Below are positions 18,951 through 28,860 of a stretch of DNA of 64,000 nucleotides, in pieces. The notes under the pieces are model-generated. The model was not told where the DNA came from and did not search any database. It saw nothing but the letters and a program-made list of their open reading frames with translations. Source of the DNA: Nitrososphaeraceae archaeon (GTDB taxonomy: Archaea > Thermoproteota > Nitrososphaeria > Nitrososphaerales > Nitrososphaeraceae); NCBI GenBank assembly GCA_035250975.1, contig DATFEP010000061.1, positions 96,001-160,000 of the forward strand, in the 5' to 3' direction. Made by a program: the position numbers and the translations under genes. Position 1 is the stretch's first letter; every line of letters starts with the position of its first letter.

Positions 18951-19961
18951 ATGTTGTCAATTATTAGAATATCAAACTATATCGATATTTTTATATTTTC
19001 AAGTTTTTATTACTTCACATTATATTCCATGAGCTTTTCTATTGCAGTTCCTATATCTGTTTCAACGGCATATAGTCCTGGTCATATTACGGGTTTCTTT
19101 GAAAAACCACCCAATTACTTTAAAGATAGTCCTCTTTCTGTTGGTTCTCGGGGTGCTGGTTTTTCAATAAAAAAAGGTGTTACAACTACTGTAGAGTTAT
19201 ATGAATCATCTAAAATGTCTTATGAAATTTTTATAAATGGTTTGATGGTAAAAAATGCTCCTGTATCTGATTGGATCGTTAGACGCTATATTAAGGAGTG
19301 CGATTCTAATTTCTTGATAAAAATAAAACATCTCGTTGATATTCCTATTGGTTTTGGTTTGGGTACCAGTGGAGCTGGAGCGTTAAGCTTATCCTATGCA
19401 CTTAATCAAGTTCTAGATACAAAGTTTAGTATCGAACAGGCCGCACAAATTGCTCATGTCGCAGAGTTACATTGTAAAACGGGTTTTGGTACTGTGCTCT
19501 CTGAATTTCATGGAGGATTAGAAATTAGAACTACTTTTGGGGCACCAGGTATTGGAAAAGTAACTAAAATTGAGTCAAAAGATCATATAGCTATGATTTT
19601 GTGTATCAACCCAATTTTTACAAAAAAAATTCTTTCTACGTACTCAAATAAAGCAAATATATTAGCTAGACAAATGGTGGAACAATTACTTGTTTCTAGG
19701 GATCTCAGAGATTTTCTAAAATTATCGAGAAAATTCGCGGATTTTCTAGGCCTAACTAAAGGTATTTGCGCCGCACCCTTAAATGAACTTGCTAGTAATG
19801 GAATATATTCGAGTGTAGCCCTTTTTGGTGAAACTATATTTACTTTGGTACCAAAGAATGAAGAAAAAAAAGTGAGTTCTATCTTAGGTAAATTTCAAGG
19901 AGTTCTGGTTGTTAGTGAAATTGATACTAAAGGAGCGATATTAAGAAATCGTGATCAATAA
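18951..19961 (+). CDS. pok: Pantoate kinase (GHMP family)
   Basis: PGHITGFF, GSRGAG, PIGFGLGTSGA, AHVAE, GGLEIR; first gene of the CoA operon. True start probably near 19029. Confidence 0.9.
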   Translation: MLSIIRISNYIDIFIFSSFYYFTLYSMSFSIAVPISVSTAYSPGHITGFFEKPPNYFKDSPLSVGSRGAGFSIKKGVTTTVELYESSKMSYEIFINGLMVKNAPVSDWIVRRYIKECDSNFLIKIKHLVDIPIGFGLGTSGAGALSLSYALNQVLDTKFSIEQAAQIAHVAELHCKTGFGTVLSEFHGGLEIRTTFGAPGIGKVTKIESKDHIAMILCINPIFTKKILSTYSNKANILARQMVEQLLVSRDLRDFLKLSRKFADFLGLTKGICAAPLNELASNGIYSSVALFGETIFTLVPKNEEKKVSSILGKFQGVLVVSEIDTKGAILRNRDQ

Positions 19962-20715
19962 TCATATCCCATCAAATCACCCTAGAGCAAAGTCTCTCTA
20001 TATTCGAAATTTACTTATAACTGGTTTTAAATCTGGATTTGTGGTCCCAGAAGGATTACTGGCGCATGGAAGAGGAGAAGCTTTTGATTACCTCATAGGA
20101 GAACATACTTCTGTCTACGCATTACATGCCATTAAGGCCGCATCATCTCTATTATTATTGGCAGATCATCCGGTAATTTCGGTTAATGGAAATTCTGCAG
20201 CTTTATGTGCTAGGGAAATGGTAGAATTAGCTAATTATTCTAATGCATTTTTAGAAGTGAATTTATTTTATAAGAGTCGTGATCGGGAATATCTTATTTC
20301 AGAAACACTGAAGAAGAATGGAGCTAATATTGTTCTTGGGCTAGATAAAAAGAATTCTATAGATATTACCGACCTAACTAGCTCAAGAAGACATGTGGAT
20401 CTTGAAGGAATATACAAAGCAGATGTCGTATTAGTACCTTTAGAAGATGGAGATAGAACAAGTGCTTTAATCAAGATGAAGAAAAAAGTAATAACAATAG
20501 ATTTAAACCCTCTTTCAAGGACCGCACAATCGGCCAATATCAGTATTATTGATAACATTGTGCGAGCTATGCCCCACCTCGTTGAAACAACAAAAAAAAT
20601 AAAAAACATGAAAAGGAGCTCACTTGAAAAAATCGTGGAAAAATATGATAATCAATATAATCTGGACAAGTCTATAAAATTAATACGTGGGAATGCGGGC
20701 TCAAAATTTAGATAA
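19951..20715 (+). CDS. pps: Phosphopantothenate synthetase (4-phosphopantoate--beta-alanine ligase)
   Basis: HPRAKSL, AHGRGEAFDYLIGE, ISVNGN, VPLEDGDR, IDLNPLSRT. Confidence 0.95.
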   Translation: MINNHIPSNHPRAKSLYIRNLLITGFKSGFVVPEGLLAHGRGEAFDYLIGEHTSVYALHAIKAASSLLLLADHPVISVNGNSAALCAREMVELANYSNAFLEVNLFYKSRDREYLISETLKKNGANIVLGLDKKNSIDITDLTSSRRHVDLEGIYKADVVLVPLEDGDRTSALIKMKKKVITIDLNPLSRTAQSANISIIDNIVRAMPHLVETTKKIKNMKRSSLEKIVEKYDNQYNLDKSIKLIRGNAGSKFR

Positions 20716-21568
20716 TGATACCGATAAAAATAGCTCAAGAAAATTAACGGTTACTGAGTTCATGTTAATGAAGAATAGAGAAAAAATTTCGATGGTTACT
20801 TCTTATGATTATTGGAGTTCGAAAATATGTGATAAAGCAGGAATCGATGTCTTGCTGGTTGGAGATAGTGCAGGCATGGTAATGCTTGGATATGACTCTA
20901 CTATCCCAGTTAGGATGAAAGAAATGTTGTTATTTACAAGAGCAGTAGCACGTGGTACAAAAAGAGGGCTAATTGTATCCGATATGCCACTTGGATCGTA
21001 TCAAACAGATACAATGCATGCTATAAGAAATGCAATAAGATTTATCAAGGCTGGTAGCGACGCTGTGAAATTAGAGGGCGGTGTTGAGGTCGCAGACAAA
21101 ATAAAGGCAATTGTCAACTGTGGAATTCCGGTTTTGGGTCACATTGGGTTGAAACCACAGACAGCAAAACTCTGGGAGGGATATAAAGTCCAAGGTAATA
21201 CATGCACTTCTGGTTCTGATCTTATTAAGGATGCAAAAGAGCTGGAAAAAGCTGGGGTTTTTGGAATAGTTCTTGAAATGGTAGCATCGGAGATATCGAA
21301 ATTAATTTCAAAAAATGTAAGAATTCCAACTATAGGAATAGGTTCAGGTCCTTACTGTGATGGCCAGGTTCTTGTCCTTCATGACATGTTGGGTTTATAT
21401 GATGATATTAAACCGCGGTTCGTGAAAAATTATACTCATCTGTCTAAGCATATTTTTGAAGCAACACAGAATTACATAAATGAAGTAAAAACGGGAGTTT
21501 TTCCAGAAGACAAACACACTTTTCATATGAAAAAAGATGAATATAATAAATTAAAAGCGGGAAAATAA
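20687..21568 (+). CDS. panB: 3-methyl-2-oxobutanoate hydroxymethyltransferase
   Basis: LVGDSAGM, SDMP, VKLEGG, GHIGLKPQ, IGIGSG, DGQVLV. Confidence 0.97.
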   Translation: MGMRAQNLDNDTDKNSSRKLTVTEFMLMKNREKISMVTSYDYWSSKICDKAGIDVLLVGDSAGMVMLGYDSTIPVRMKEMLLFTRAVARGTKRGLIVSDMPLGSYQTDTMHAIRNAIRFIKAGSDAVKLEGGVEVADKIKAIVNCGIPVLGHIGLKPQTAKLWEGYKVQGNTCTSGSDLIKDAKELEKAGVFGIVLEMVASEISKLISKNVRIPTIGIGSGPYCDGQVLVLHDMLGLYDDIKPRFVKNYTHLSKHIFEATQNYINEVKTGVFPEDKHTFHMKKDEYNKLKAGK

Positions 21569-21586
21569 ATCATGTAATAATATAAA

Positions 21587-22858
21587 ATGAAATTTAAAAG
21601 AACCAAGAATTTACATCCATCAAAGGATATCTCGTGTACATTAGGCGATGAGCTTAAAGGAAAACGGGTAATATTATGTGTTTCTGGCAGTGTCGCCGCT
21701 TACAAAGCCATAGATTTTGCTAGACTTCTCATGAGGCATGGTGCTGATGTATTTGCAGTAATTTCTAAATCTACATCTTTATTATTAAATCCTAATTTTT
21801 TAAAATGGGCTACAGGAAACGAGGTAGTTGCAAAATTAACTGGAAATATGGAACATATTGCTTTGGGAGACTTTGAAATGTCTGATTTAGTAGTAGTATA
21901 TCCATGTACTGCAAATACTTTGGGTAAATTCGCATGTGGTATAGACGATACCCCTATTACATCAATTCTTACAGTTTCTCTTGGATCCAAAATTCCAATA
22001 TTTATAGCTCCTGCTATGCACGAAGCAATGTATCACAATCCTTTTGTGGTCAATAATTTAGATACAATAAGACAAAATGGTGTGTCAATAATAGAACCAT
22101 CTATGATTGAAGGAAAAGCGAAAATTGCAACACCTGAAAATGCATTATCTCAAATTTTGAATTTTTTTGCACAATCCAATAATAAAATTTTGCTAAATAA
22201 AAAAATTCTTGTAACCTCTGGAAGTACTATAGAATTTATCGATCCTGTAAGAGTTATATCCAATCTGAGTTCGGGAAAAATGGGTCAAGCACTTGTAAAC
22301 GAAGCTTTAGAACAAGGCGCGCATGTTACTCATATATCAGGTAATTCCTTCCTTAAACCTTTAACTAATAGAAATTTAAAAAATATCCAGGCTACTACAT
22401 CTGAGGATATGTATGAGAAGGTGACATCTGAATTATCTTCTAAGAAATATGATATTGCGATAATGGCTGCTGCAGTCTCTGACTTTAAGGTAAACCAGGT
22501 AAATAAAAAGAAGATCAGAAGTCGCGGCTATAATAAATTAACAATAGATTTGTTTCCAACGAAAAAGATCATAAATTACATAAAATTGGTGGATAAGAAT
22601 ATTTTTCTTGTAGGTTTTACAGCCTATCATGATGTATCCAATTCATTTCTAATTTCTAGGGCAAATGAAAAATTAAAAGAATCTAGTAGTGATATTATTA
22701 TTGCAAATGACGTTGGAAGAAAATATTCTACTATTGGTTCAGATTATAATGAGGTATTTATAATTTCTAAAAATAAACCCGTTGTTCATTTACCTCCTGA
22801 ACGAAAAGACCTCATCGCAAAAAAAATACATGAAATAATTGCCTCATACCTGAAATGA
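21587..22858 (+). CDS. coaBC: Bifunctional phosphopantothenoylcysteine decarboxylase/synthetase
   Basis: GSVAAYK, PCTANT, APAMH, IDPVRVISNLSSGKMG, AAAVSDF, IIAND. Confidence 0.96.
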   Translation: MKFKRTKNLHPSKDISCTLGDELKGKRVILCVSGSVAAYKAIDFARLLMRHGADVFAVISKSTSLLLNPNFLKWATGNEVVAKLTGNMEHIALGDFEMSDLVVVYPCTANTLGKFACGIDDTPITSILTVSLGSKIPIFIAPAMHEAMYHNPFVVNNLDTIRQNGVSIIEPSMIEGKAKIATPENALSQILNFFAQSNNKILLNKKILVTSGSTIEFIDPVRVISNLSSGKMGQALVNEALEQGAHVTHISGNSFLKPLTNRNLKNIQATTSEDMYEKVTSELSSKKYDIAIMAAAVSDFKVNQVNKKKIRSRGYNKLTIDLFPTKKIINYIKLVDKNIFLVGFTAYHDVSNSFLISRANEKLKESSSDIIIANDVGRKYSTIGSDYNEVFIISKNKPVVHLPPERKDLIAKKIHEIIASYLK

Positions 22859-22923
22859 ATAATAAATTAACCTTGTTATATATTTTTAATTGAATATTTT
22901 ATGAACAAATTTATTATAATATA

Positions 22924-24009
22924 TTATAATATAACTAGATTATTTCTAAATTTGTTCATTTTTTTTACACCATTTTTTATTTTGTTATCTATGATCACAC
23001 TATCCTCTATTCTAATACCAAATTTGGACTTCAAATAAATTCCTGGTTCTATTGTTATGGTCATATTATTATTTAAGATCTGTTTATTGTTTCTGCGAAT
23101 CCAAGGAGGTTCATGAACATCCAAACCAATTCCATGTCCTGTAGAATGATTAAATTCCTCATTGTAACCCCTATTTGAAATAAAATCTCTGCAAATTTTA
23201 TCTACTTCTCCAGCTGTTGTGTTTTCGCAAGCGTTTTTAACCCCTAAATCTTGGCACTCTCTGACTATTTCATAGATTTTTTTCATTTCTGAACTAATTC
23301 TCCCAAGAGCAAAAGTTCTTGTTGCATCTCCAACATATCCTTTATATCTTAATGTTATGTCTACCACAATAAAATCACCTGTCTTGAATCTTCTATCTGA
23401 AACACTTGAGTGTGGTAATGCTCCATTTGGACCACTTGCGATAATAAAAGGATTTAGAGTCGATCTGTACGAAGGCAAGCTTGCTTTGTTTTTTAAAGCC
23501 TCATACACTAGTGTTGCCTGCAACTGTCTTTCAGAAATTCCAACCTTTACCTCATTTATACATACTTCAAATAAGTAATCTATGATCTTTACTGCATGCT
23601 GAATATTTCTTATTTCTTCCCTATCTTTAATCATTCTACATTTAAAAAAAGGCTCATCATTGACAATGATCTTTTTTTTACCTATATGATTCCTCAAATA
23701 TTCAACTCTATTGTATTGCTCACAATCGGTTATTGACGAATCACTATTTTTTAAATCTGATATAACAGAAATTAAAATATCATTCCCCCTTTCAGACTGA
23801 ACCACTTCGCAATCCTTTGAATCTAGGTTAGCTCGAACATACTCTAATTTCGGAGTATATAACCTAGTCAGGTCTTGGTCGACCAACAGTACTCCCTCCC
23901 CCCAAAATCCTGTCAAATAAGAAATATTTTCTGGTTTAAAGGAAATTAAATTTCTACCTCCATACTTTGATATAGCTTTTAATATGTTTTTTCTGCGGTC
24001 ACCGAACAT
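22924..24009 (-). CDS. Xaa-Pro aminopeptidase (M24B)
   Basis: ASGPNGALPH, GDATRT, HSTGHGIGLDVHE, TIEPGIY, GIRIED. Confidence 0.93.
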   Translation of the reverse strand: MFGDRRKNILKAISKYGGRNLISFKPENISYLTGFWGEGVLLVDQDLTRLYTPKLEYVRANLDSKDCEVVQSERGNDILISVISDLKNSDSSITDCEQYNRVEYLRNHIGKKKIIVNDEPFFKCRMIKDREEIRNIQHAVKIIDYLFEVCINEVKVGISERQLQATLVYEALKNKASLPSYRSTLNPFIIASGPNGALPHSSVSDRRFKTGDFIVVDITLRYKGYVGDATRTFALGRISSEMKKIYEIVRECQDLGVKNACENTTAGEVDKICRDFISNRGYNEEFNHSTGHGIGLDVHEPPWIRRNNKQILNNNMTITIEPGIYLKSKFGIRIEDSVIIDNKIKNGVKKMNKFRNNLVIL

Positions 24010-24069
24010 ATTTTTAGGTTGTAATCTTATCTTTTATTCCTTTTCAATAATATTATAGGTATATTTGTT

Positions 24070-24440
24070 CTAAACACGGATTAATACTCCAAAAGGAAGG
24101 CTACAAGTTTTTTACGAATCTAAGCAGATGGTCGCTATTATAATAGTAATACTATTTCAGTTTATATGATTTAGTACTATGAAATCAGGAATAAAAGTAG
24201 CAAAAATGTTAGATGTAAAAAAAACTAACTATTTCAAAAGAAATTGACAGTAATGGACACCCAACTGAATTTAACAAAATGGAGGAATAGTGACTCATCG
24301 AAAAATATCGATTGTAGAATCTGTTTTTTCCTTCATGAAGAGATGCTTCATCAATATATATGACAGTTAAATTTCCCAACATGGTAAAGAAATGATCATG
24401 AAAACATCACTCTACAATTTGTTTACCTCCATAACATAAT
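24070..24440 (+). mobile_element. Degraded IS5-family transposase remnant (C-terminal half)
   Basis: Fragments ADGRYY (24124), SGIKVAK, IVESVFSFMKR, FPNMVK and EMIMKTSLYNLF match the ADGAYD...GIKVRKN...ETVFSSIKR...KEMxxKxxLYN pattern; frameshifted. Confidence 0.75.
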
Positions 24441-25255
24441 TCTAGATTAGTTTTTGAAAATGAAACTATTAGGGCGTCAGGATTTTGGATGTTATTACAT
24501 TACATTGGAGACTCTTTCTTCATATGTCATTTAGACTTAGAATTAAAACAATTGTTATTATTATCAGAAAGAATAAAAAAAGTGTCAAACCTCGTTTTCA
24601 ATAATATCCTAATCAATCATTTGATAATAGTCCTGCAAAAGCAAACCACTGACTTTTGAAAATTTTAACAAAACTTTTTCATCCTCAATATTATAATATT
24701 TTTTCATTTTTTCTAATAGTTTATCATCATAAAATATTGCTCCAATCTTCTTATGTTCGACTAGTTATAATTTAGGTATTTTTTAAATCATCATTGTAGA
24801 TTTTTTATACTTGATTCAGATTAATCATTTTACCTGATTTTATTTATTGTACTTTCAACATGATCTACAGGAAAAAGGTGACATGTATCTGCATATGTAT
24901 TATGCTCCGATCTCGATGTTTAGATTAAATTGACAACTTTATGGTTATATCTTTTTTTGCCAAAACTGAAGTATATCTAAAATATTAAATGTAGATTTTT
25001 AATTATTTAATGATAATTCTATGAGTTTATAAATTTAATTTAACAAGATAAAGGATTACTTTATTTCTTTAAAAAAAATTTGTTTTAACGATATTAAAGT
25101 CAATAGGTGAAGTAACTGCAAATAAGAATTTTACCTCAAATGTATAGAAATTTCATATCACTAAAATCCATTATAAATTGAGGATTTCTAGTGCACTGAT
25201 TTTTCGGTTGAATATATATTAAAATATAGGTTCAACAGACTGTTATTGAAAAATC

Positions 25256-26398
25256 ATGGAATATTTGGTTATGTTGCCAGGTCCAACTAACGTTCCAAAT
25301 CGTGTCATGAATGCTATGCTTGCCCCAATAATAAATCATCGTAGCGAAGATTTTCGTGTTCTATATAAGGGAATAATCGAAAAGACTCAGAAAGTTTTTG
25401 ATACTTCAAGTGATATTATTCTTCTTACCACATCTGGAACTGGTGCGGTTGAATCCTCAGTGGTTAATCTAATAAAGAAAGGTGATAAAGCAATAATTCC
25501 AGTTAATGGTGAATTCAGTACACGTCTAGCAGATTTAATTGATAGTTGGGGTGGAACGGCAATAAGGGTCAATGCGCCATTTGGTCAGAATCCCCCAATA
25601 GAAGAAATAGAAAAGGCATTTGAAGATAATAACGATGTTAAAGCAGTTTATGCTGTGTACAATGAAACATCAACTGGCACTACTATAAGATATATGGATA
25701 AACTCGGAGATCTTTCCAGCAAATTTGGCTCATTTTTTGTCGCAGATGCAGTTTCAATACTAGGAGGAGATGAACTCCCAGTTGATAAGTGGAACGTTGA
25801 TATCTGTATAACTGCCTCGCAAAAGGCATTAGCAGCACCTCCTGGTGTATCTCCGGTGTCGATCAATGAACGAACCAAAAAATACATGCAGTCTAATCCT
25901 TCACCAATACTGTACCTAAATTTCAATAGGTATTTCAAATATTACCAAGAACATATAGAGACCCCTTTCACTCCGGCATTACCTCTCTATTATGCATTTG
26001 ATGAAGCCTTAAATATCATTATGGACGAGGGGATGACTAACAGAATACAGAGGCATAGAATATGTGCTGATGCATTTTATTCTGGTCTTAATAATCTAGG
26101 ATTAACTCCTTTTGCTTATGAAAATGCTAGAAGCAATGTTGTTATTGCATTAAACTATCTCGACGGAATGGACGATAAGAAATTTAGAACACTATTATCT
26201 GATAAATTTCGGGTTCTAGTTGCCGGAGGATTTGGTAATCTTAAGGGTAAAGTTTTCAGAATTGGGAGTATGGGTGAAGTGAATGAGTATCATGTTATGA
26301 GAACAATGTCTTCTATTTATTCTGCCATGACAATGCTCGGAATTGAAGTAAACAAAGAGGCCTTATCTGTATCAGAAGAAAAATTGAAAAAACTATAA
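25256..26398 (+). CDS. Class V PLP aminotransferase (serine-pyruvate/alanine-glyoxylate type)
   Basis: MLPGPT, SGTGAVE, NETSTG, DAVS, ASQKALAAPPG, TPFTP, FRIGSMG. Confidence 0.92.
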   Translation: MEYLVMLPGPTNVPNRVMNAMLAPIINHRSEDFRVLYKGIIEKTQKVFDTSSDIILLTTSGTGAVESSVVNLIKKGDKAIIPVNGEFSTRLADLIDSWGGTAIRVNAPFGQNPPIEEIEKAFEDNNDVKAVYAVYNETSTGTTIRYMDKLGDLSSKFGSFFVADAVSILGGDELPVDKWNVDICITASQKALAAPPGVSPVSINERTKKYMQSNPSPILYLNFNRYFKYYQEHIETPFTPALPLYYAFDEALNIIMDEGMTNRIQRHRICADAFYSGLNNLGLTPFAYENARSNVVIALNYLDGMDDKKFRTLLSDKFRVLVAGGFGNLKGKVFRIGSMGEVNEYHVMRTMSSIYSAMTMLGIEVNKEALSVSEEKLKKL

Positions 26399-26459
26399 AC
26401 CAATTAGACATTTTTAATTTTCGTCAAGCTTAATATAAGGTAAATTAATAGCGATTTTT

Positions 26460-27209
26460 ATGCCTTTTGAAAAAGGATCTCTAATACTATTAGATTATAC
26501 TGCAAGAATCAAAGATAATAATGAAATTTTTGAAACTACGCGAGAAGAAGATGCTAAAAATTCGAATTTATATGATCCTGTAAGAAAATATGAACCTCGT
26601 CTTGTATCAATTGGAGAAGGATGGGTTCTCAGAGGCGTAGATGAAGCACTTTCTACTGCTAATGTAGGCGATAAATTAGTGATTGAAATTTCTCCAGATA
26701 AAGGCTTCGGGGATAGAGATCCGAATAAAATCCGAATGATAGCACAAAGAAAGTTGGGAGAAAAAGCTGCCGAAATAAAGGTAGGTGATGTTGTAGAGAT
26801 TGATGAAAGACCTGGTATTGTAAGATATATAGGTTCTGGGCGAGTTCAAATAGATTATAATCATAGACTTGCAAGTAGAAGTTTGGTATACGATGTAAAT
26901 ATCATCCAGAAATTGGACACAAACGAAGAAAAAATAAAGAATTTAATGAAAAGGCGTCTTCCACTCAATGAAGAAAAGATAAAGTTTGAAATGCAAGATG
27001 ATACACTAGAGATCGAACTTCCCGAAGATGTTTTGTTATTAGATGGATTACAAATAATTAAACGAGCTATTTCTACTGATCTCTTTAAATTTATAACTTC
27101 TCTTAAAAAAATTATATTCAAGGAAGTATATAGTTTACCATCTTCTAAGGGCTCTCAAAAATTAGAAGCAACAACTGCTGAAGCAACAACTGCTGAAGCA
27201 AGAACCTAG
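26460..27209 (+). CDS. FKBP-type peptidyl-prolyl isomerase (long archaeal type)
   Basis: IFETT, GEGWVLRGVDEAL, GFGDRDP, GRVQIDYNHRLA. Confidence 0.92.
   Translation: MPFEKGSLILLDYTARIKDNNEIFETTREEDAKNSNLYDPVRKYEPRLVSIGEGWVLRGVDEALSTANVGDKLVIEISPDKGFGDRDPNKIRMIAQRKLGEKAAEIKVGDVVEIDERPGIVRYIGSGRVQIDYNHRLASRSLVYDVNIIQKLDTNEEKIKNLMKRRLPLNEEKIKFEMQDDTLEIELPEDVLLLDGLQIIKRAISTDLFKFITSLKKIIFKEVYSLPSSKGSQKLEATTAEATTAEART
27165..27201 (+). repeat. 15-bp in-frame tandem repeat (gaagcaacaactgct x2 plus partial) encoding EATTA-EATTA-EA
   Basis: Read directly at the 3' end of the FKBP gene. Confidence 0.9.
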
Positions 27210-27279
27210 ATCAGAGAGTCAATCTATCAATATTTTTTTCCTAAATACTCTCATTTCTGAGCATTTATGATAACTAAAA

Positions 27280-28341
27280 TCAAATTACTTTTACATCTTT
27301 GGCCAATTCATAAGCAGTTTTCCGATCTAATTTATTTTTGCTTAATATCGTATATCTTTCTGGTCTTAATGATTGGGCAATTACTAATGCTTGAACAACA
27401 TCATTTTCACCTATATTTACTTGTGATGCCTTAGTAGGTGCTCCTAGACTCTCAAGAGCTTCAATTATTTTCTCATAATCTAAACCTTGCAATTTAGCCA
27501 TCATTATGGTGCCAAGACCAACCCTTTCGCCATGTAACCCGCAGAAATTGCCAGTAATATACTCTACAGCATGACTAAATAAGTGTTCAGATCCAGAACA
27601 GGGTCTACTACTACCTGCAATACATGCTGCAACTCCGGAACTAATTAAAGCTTCTATAATTGTCCTGACACCAATTTTCTTATTTTTTAACAATTCTTTT
27701 GATCTATTCATTATAATTGATGCACTCATTTGTGCGAGATTGGCTGAATAAGTTCCAAAGTATTCGTCTTTTTCCTCCTTAGCCAATTCCCAATCTTTTA
27801 CGGCAGTTAATTTACCAATTAAATCTCCACATCCGCTAGATAATAATCTTATTGGTGCCTCTGAAATAAGCTTTGTATCTGCTAATATCCCTATCGGAGT
27901 TGTCACTTTAATGGAGTGAGGTTTATGTGTCCCTCGCAACGATACAAATGGGCTTGCAATACCATCATGTGAAGCAGAAGTTGGAACACTAATGAATGGT
28001 TTTTTCAAATAGAATGCTATCATTTTTCCTACATCGACAGATTTTCCTCCTCCAACTCCTAAAATAATATCAGGTTCAAGTTTCCTTATATCTGTCTCTG
28101 ATTTAGCTACAATTTCTATAGAAGCTTCTTTTCTAATGTACCAATGACCATTTAGACCTTCCTTATGGAATGTTTCGTTAACGTGATCTTCAATCCTTTT
28201 TTTTACGTTTTCTCCAGATATCAGTACAACGTTTACAATCTTGTTATTGATACTTTTTACAAAACTACCTAACGTAGAAATGACATTATCCCCGATTAAA
28301 ATTTCTCTGGGTAATTCCATTAAATGAGAATTTATATCCAA
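27280..28341 (-). CDS. egsA: sn-glycerol-1-phosphate dehydrogenase
   Basis: GVGGGKSVD, PTSASHDGIAS, SSRPCSGSEH, LHGERVG, RPERYTIL. Confidence 0.96.
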   Translation of the reverse strand: MDINSHLMELPREILIGDNVISTLGSFVKSINNKIVNVVLISGENVKKRIEDHVNETFHKEGLNGHWYIRKEASIEIVAKSETDIRKLEPDIILGVGGGKSVDVGKMIAFYLKKPFISVPTSASHDGIASPFVSLRGTHKPHSIKVTTPIGILADTKLISEAPIRLLSSGCGDLIGKLTAVKDWELAKEEKDEYFGTYSANLAQMSASIIMNRSKELLKNKKIGVRTIIEALISSGVAACIAGSSRPCSGSEHLFSHAVEYITGNFCGLHGERVGLGTIMMAKLQGLDYEKIIEALESLGAPTKASQVNIGENDVVQALVIAQSLRPERYTILSKNKLDRKTAYELAKDVKVI

Positions 28342-28420
28342 ATTAGTTTTCGATTATATTTCATTCAAATAAAATAAATTTATTTCTTAAATTAATTGTT
28401 GTTAATATTTCTGAATCATT

Positions 28421-28711
28421 TTATTTGTTTTGAATGGTTTCTGCTATAGCATAGCCCATTCCAACTCTTGTGATTTTTATTCTAACTTCGTCTCCTACCT
28501 TTGTGCCAGCTACAAAAATTACCATACCTTCTATCTTGGCAACACCTGAATCTCCTCTTTTACTCATATCTTCTATCTTAACATCATATTCTTCACCTAC
28601 TTTTACTGGGATCCTAAAGGATCTAAATTTGCGAAAACCTCCATCCTTTTCCCCTTCTTCTCTAGTGGAATTCTTATTTTCTAAACTATTTTCTCTATCC
28701 ACGTTTTCCAA
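28421..28711 (-). CDS. Single TRAM-domain protein (RNA chaperone type)
   Basis: PVKVGEEYDVKIED..KRGD.GVAKIEGMVIFV.G..VGD.V.I.I. Confidence 0.9.
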   Translation of the reverse strand: MENVDRENSLENKNSTREEGEKDGGFRKFRSFRIPVKVGEEYDVKIEDMSKRGDSGVAKIEGMVIFVAGTKVGDEVRIKITRVGMGYAIAETIQNK

Positions 28712-28860
28712 TCTTTATTCGTATCTGACTTATTATTCATTACTATTTCAACTTTTTTTTTATTAATAGTAAAGGATAAATATTTTCACTATTAATTTAT
28801 TACAATTGATTTATATTCCATATAGATTTTTTTTAACTTTAAAAATTATAGGAAAATAAT

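Noticed and set aside
18951-22858. CoA operon as a novel system
   Set aside because: pok-pps-panB-coaBC is the established archaeal pathway.
24600-24960. Possible second IS5 fragment on the minus strand (frameshifted DGAY-like sequence near 24900-24915)
   Set aside because: Only one weak motif; not supportable without alignment.
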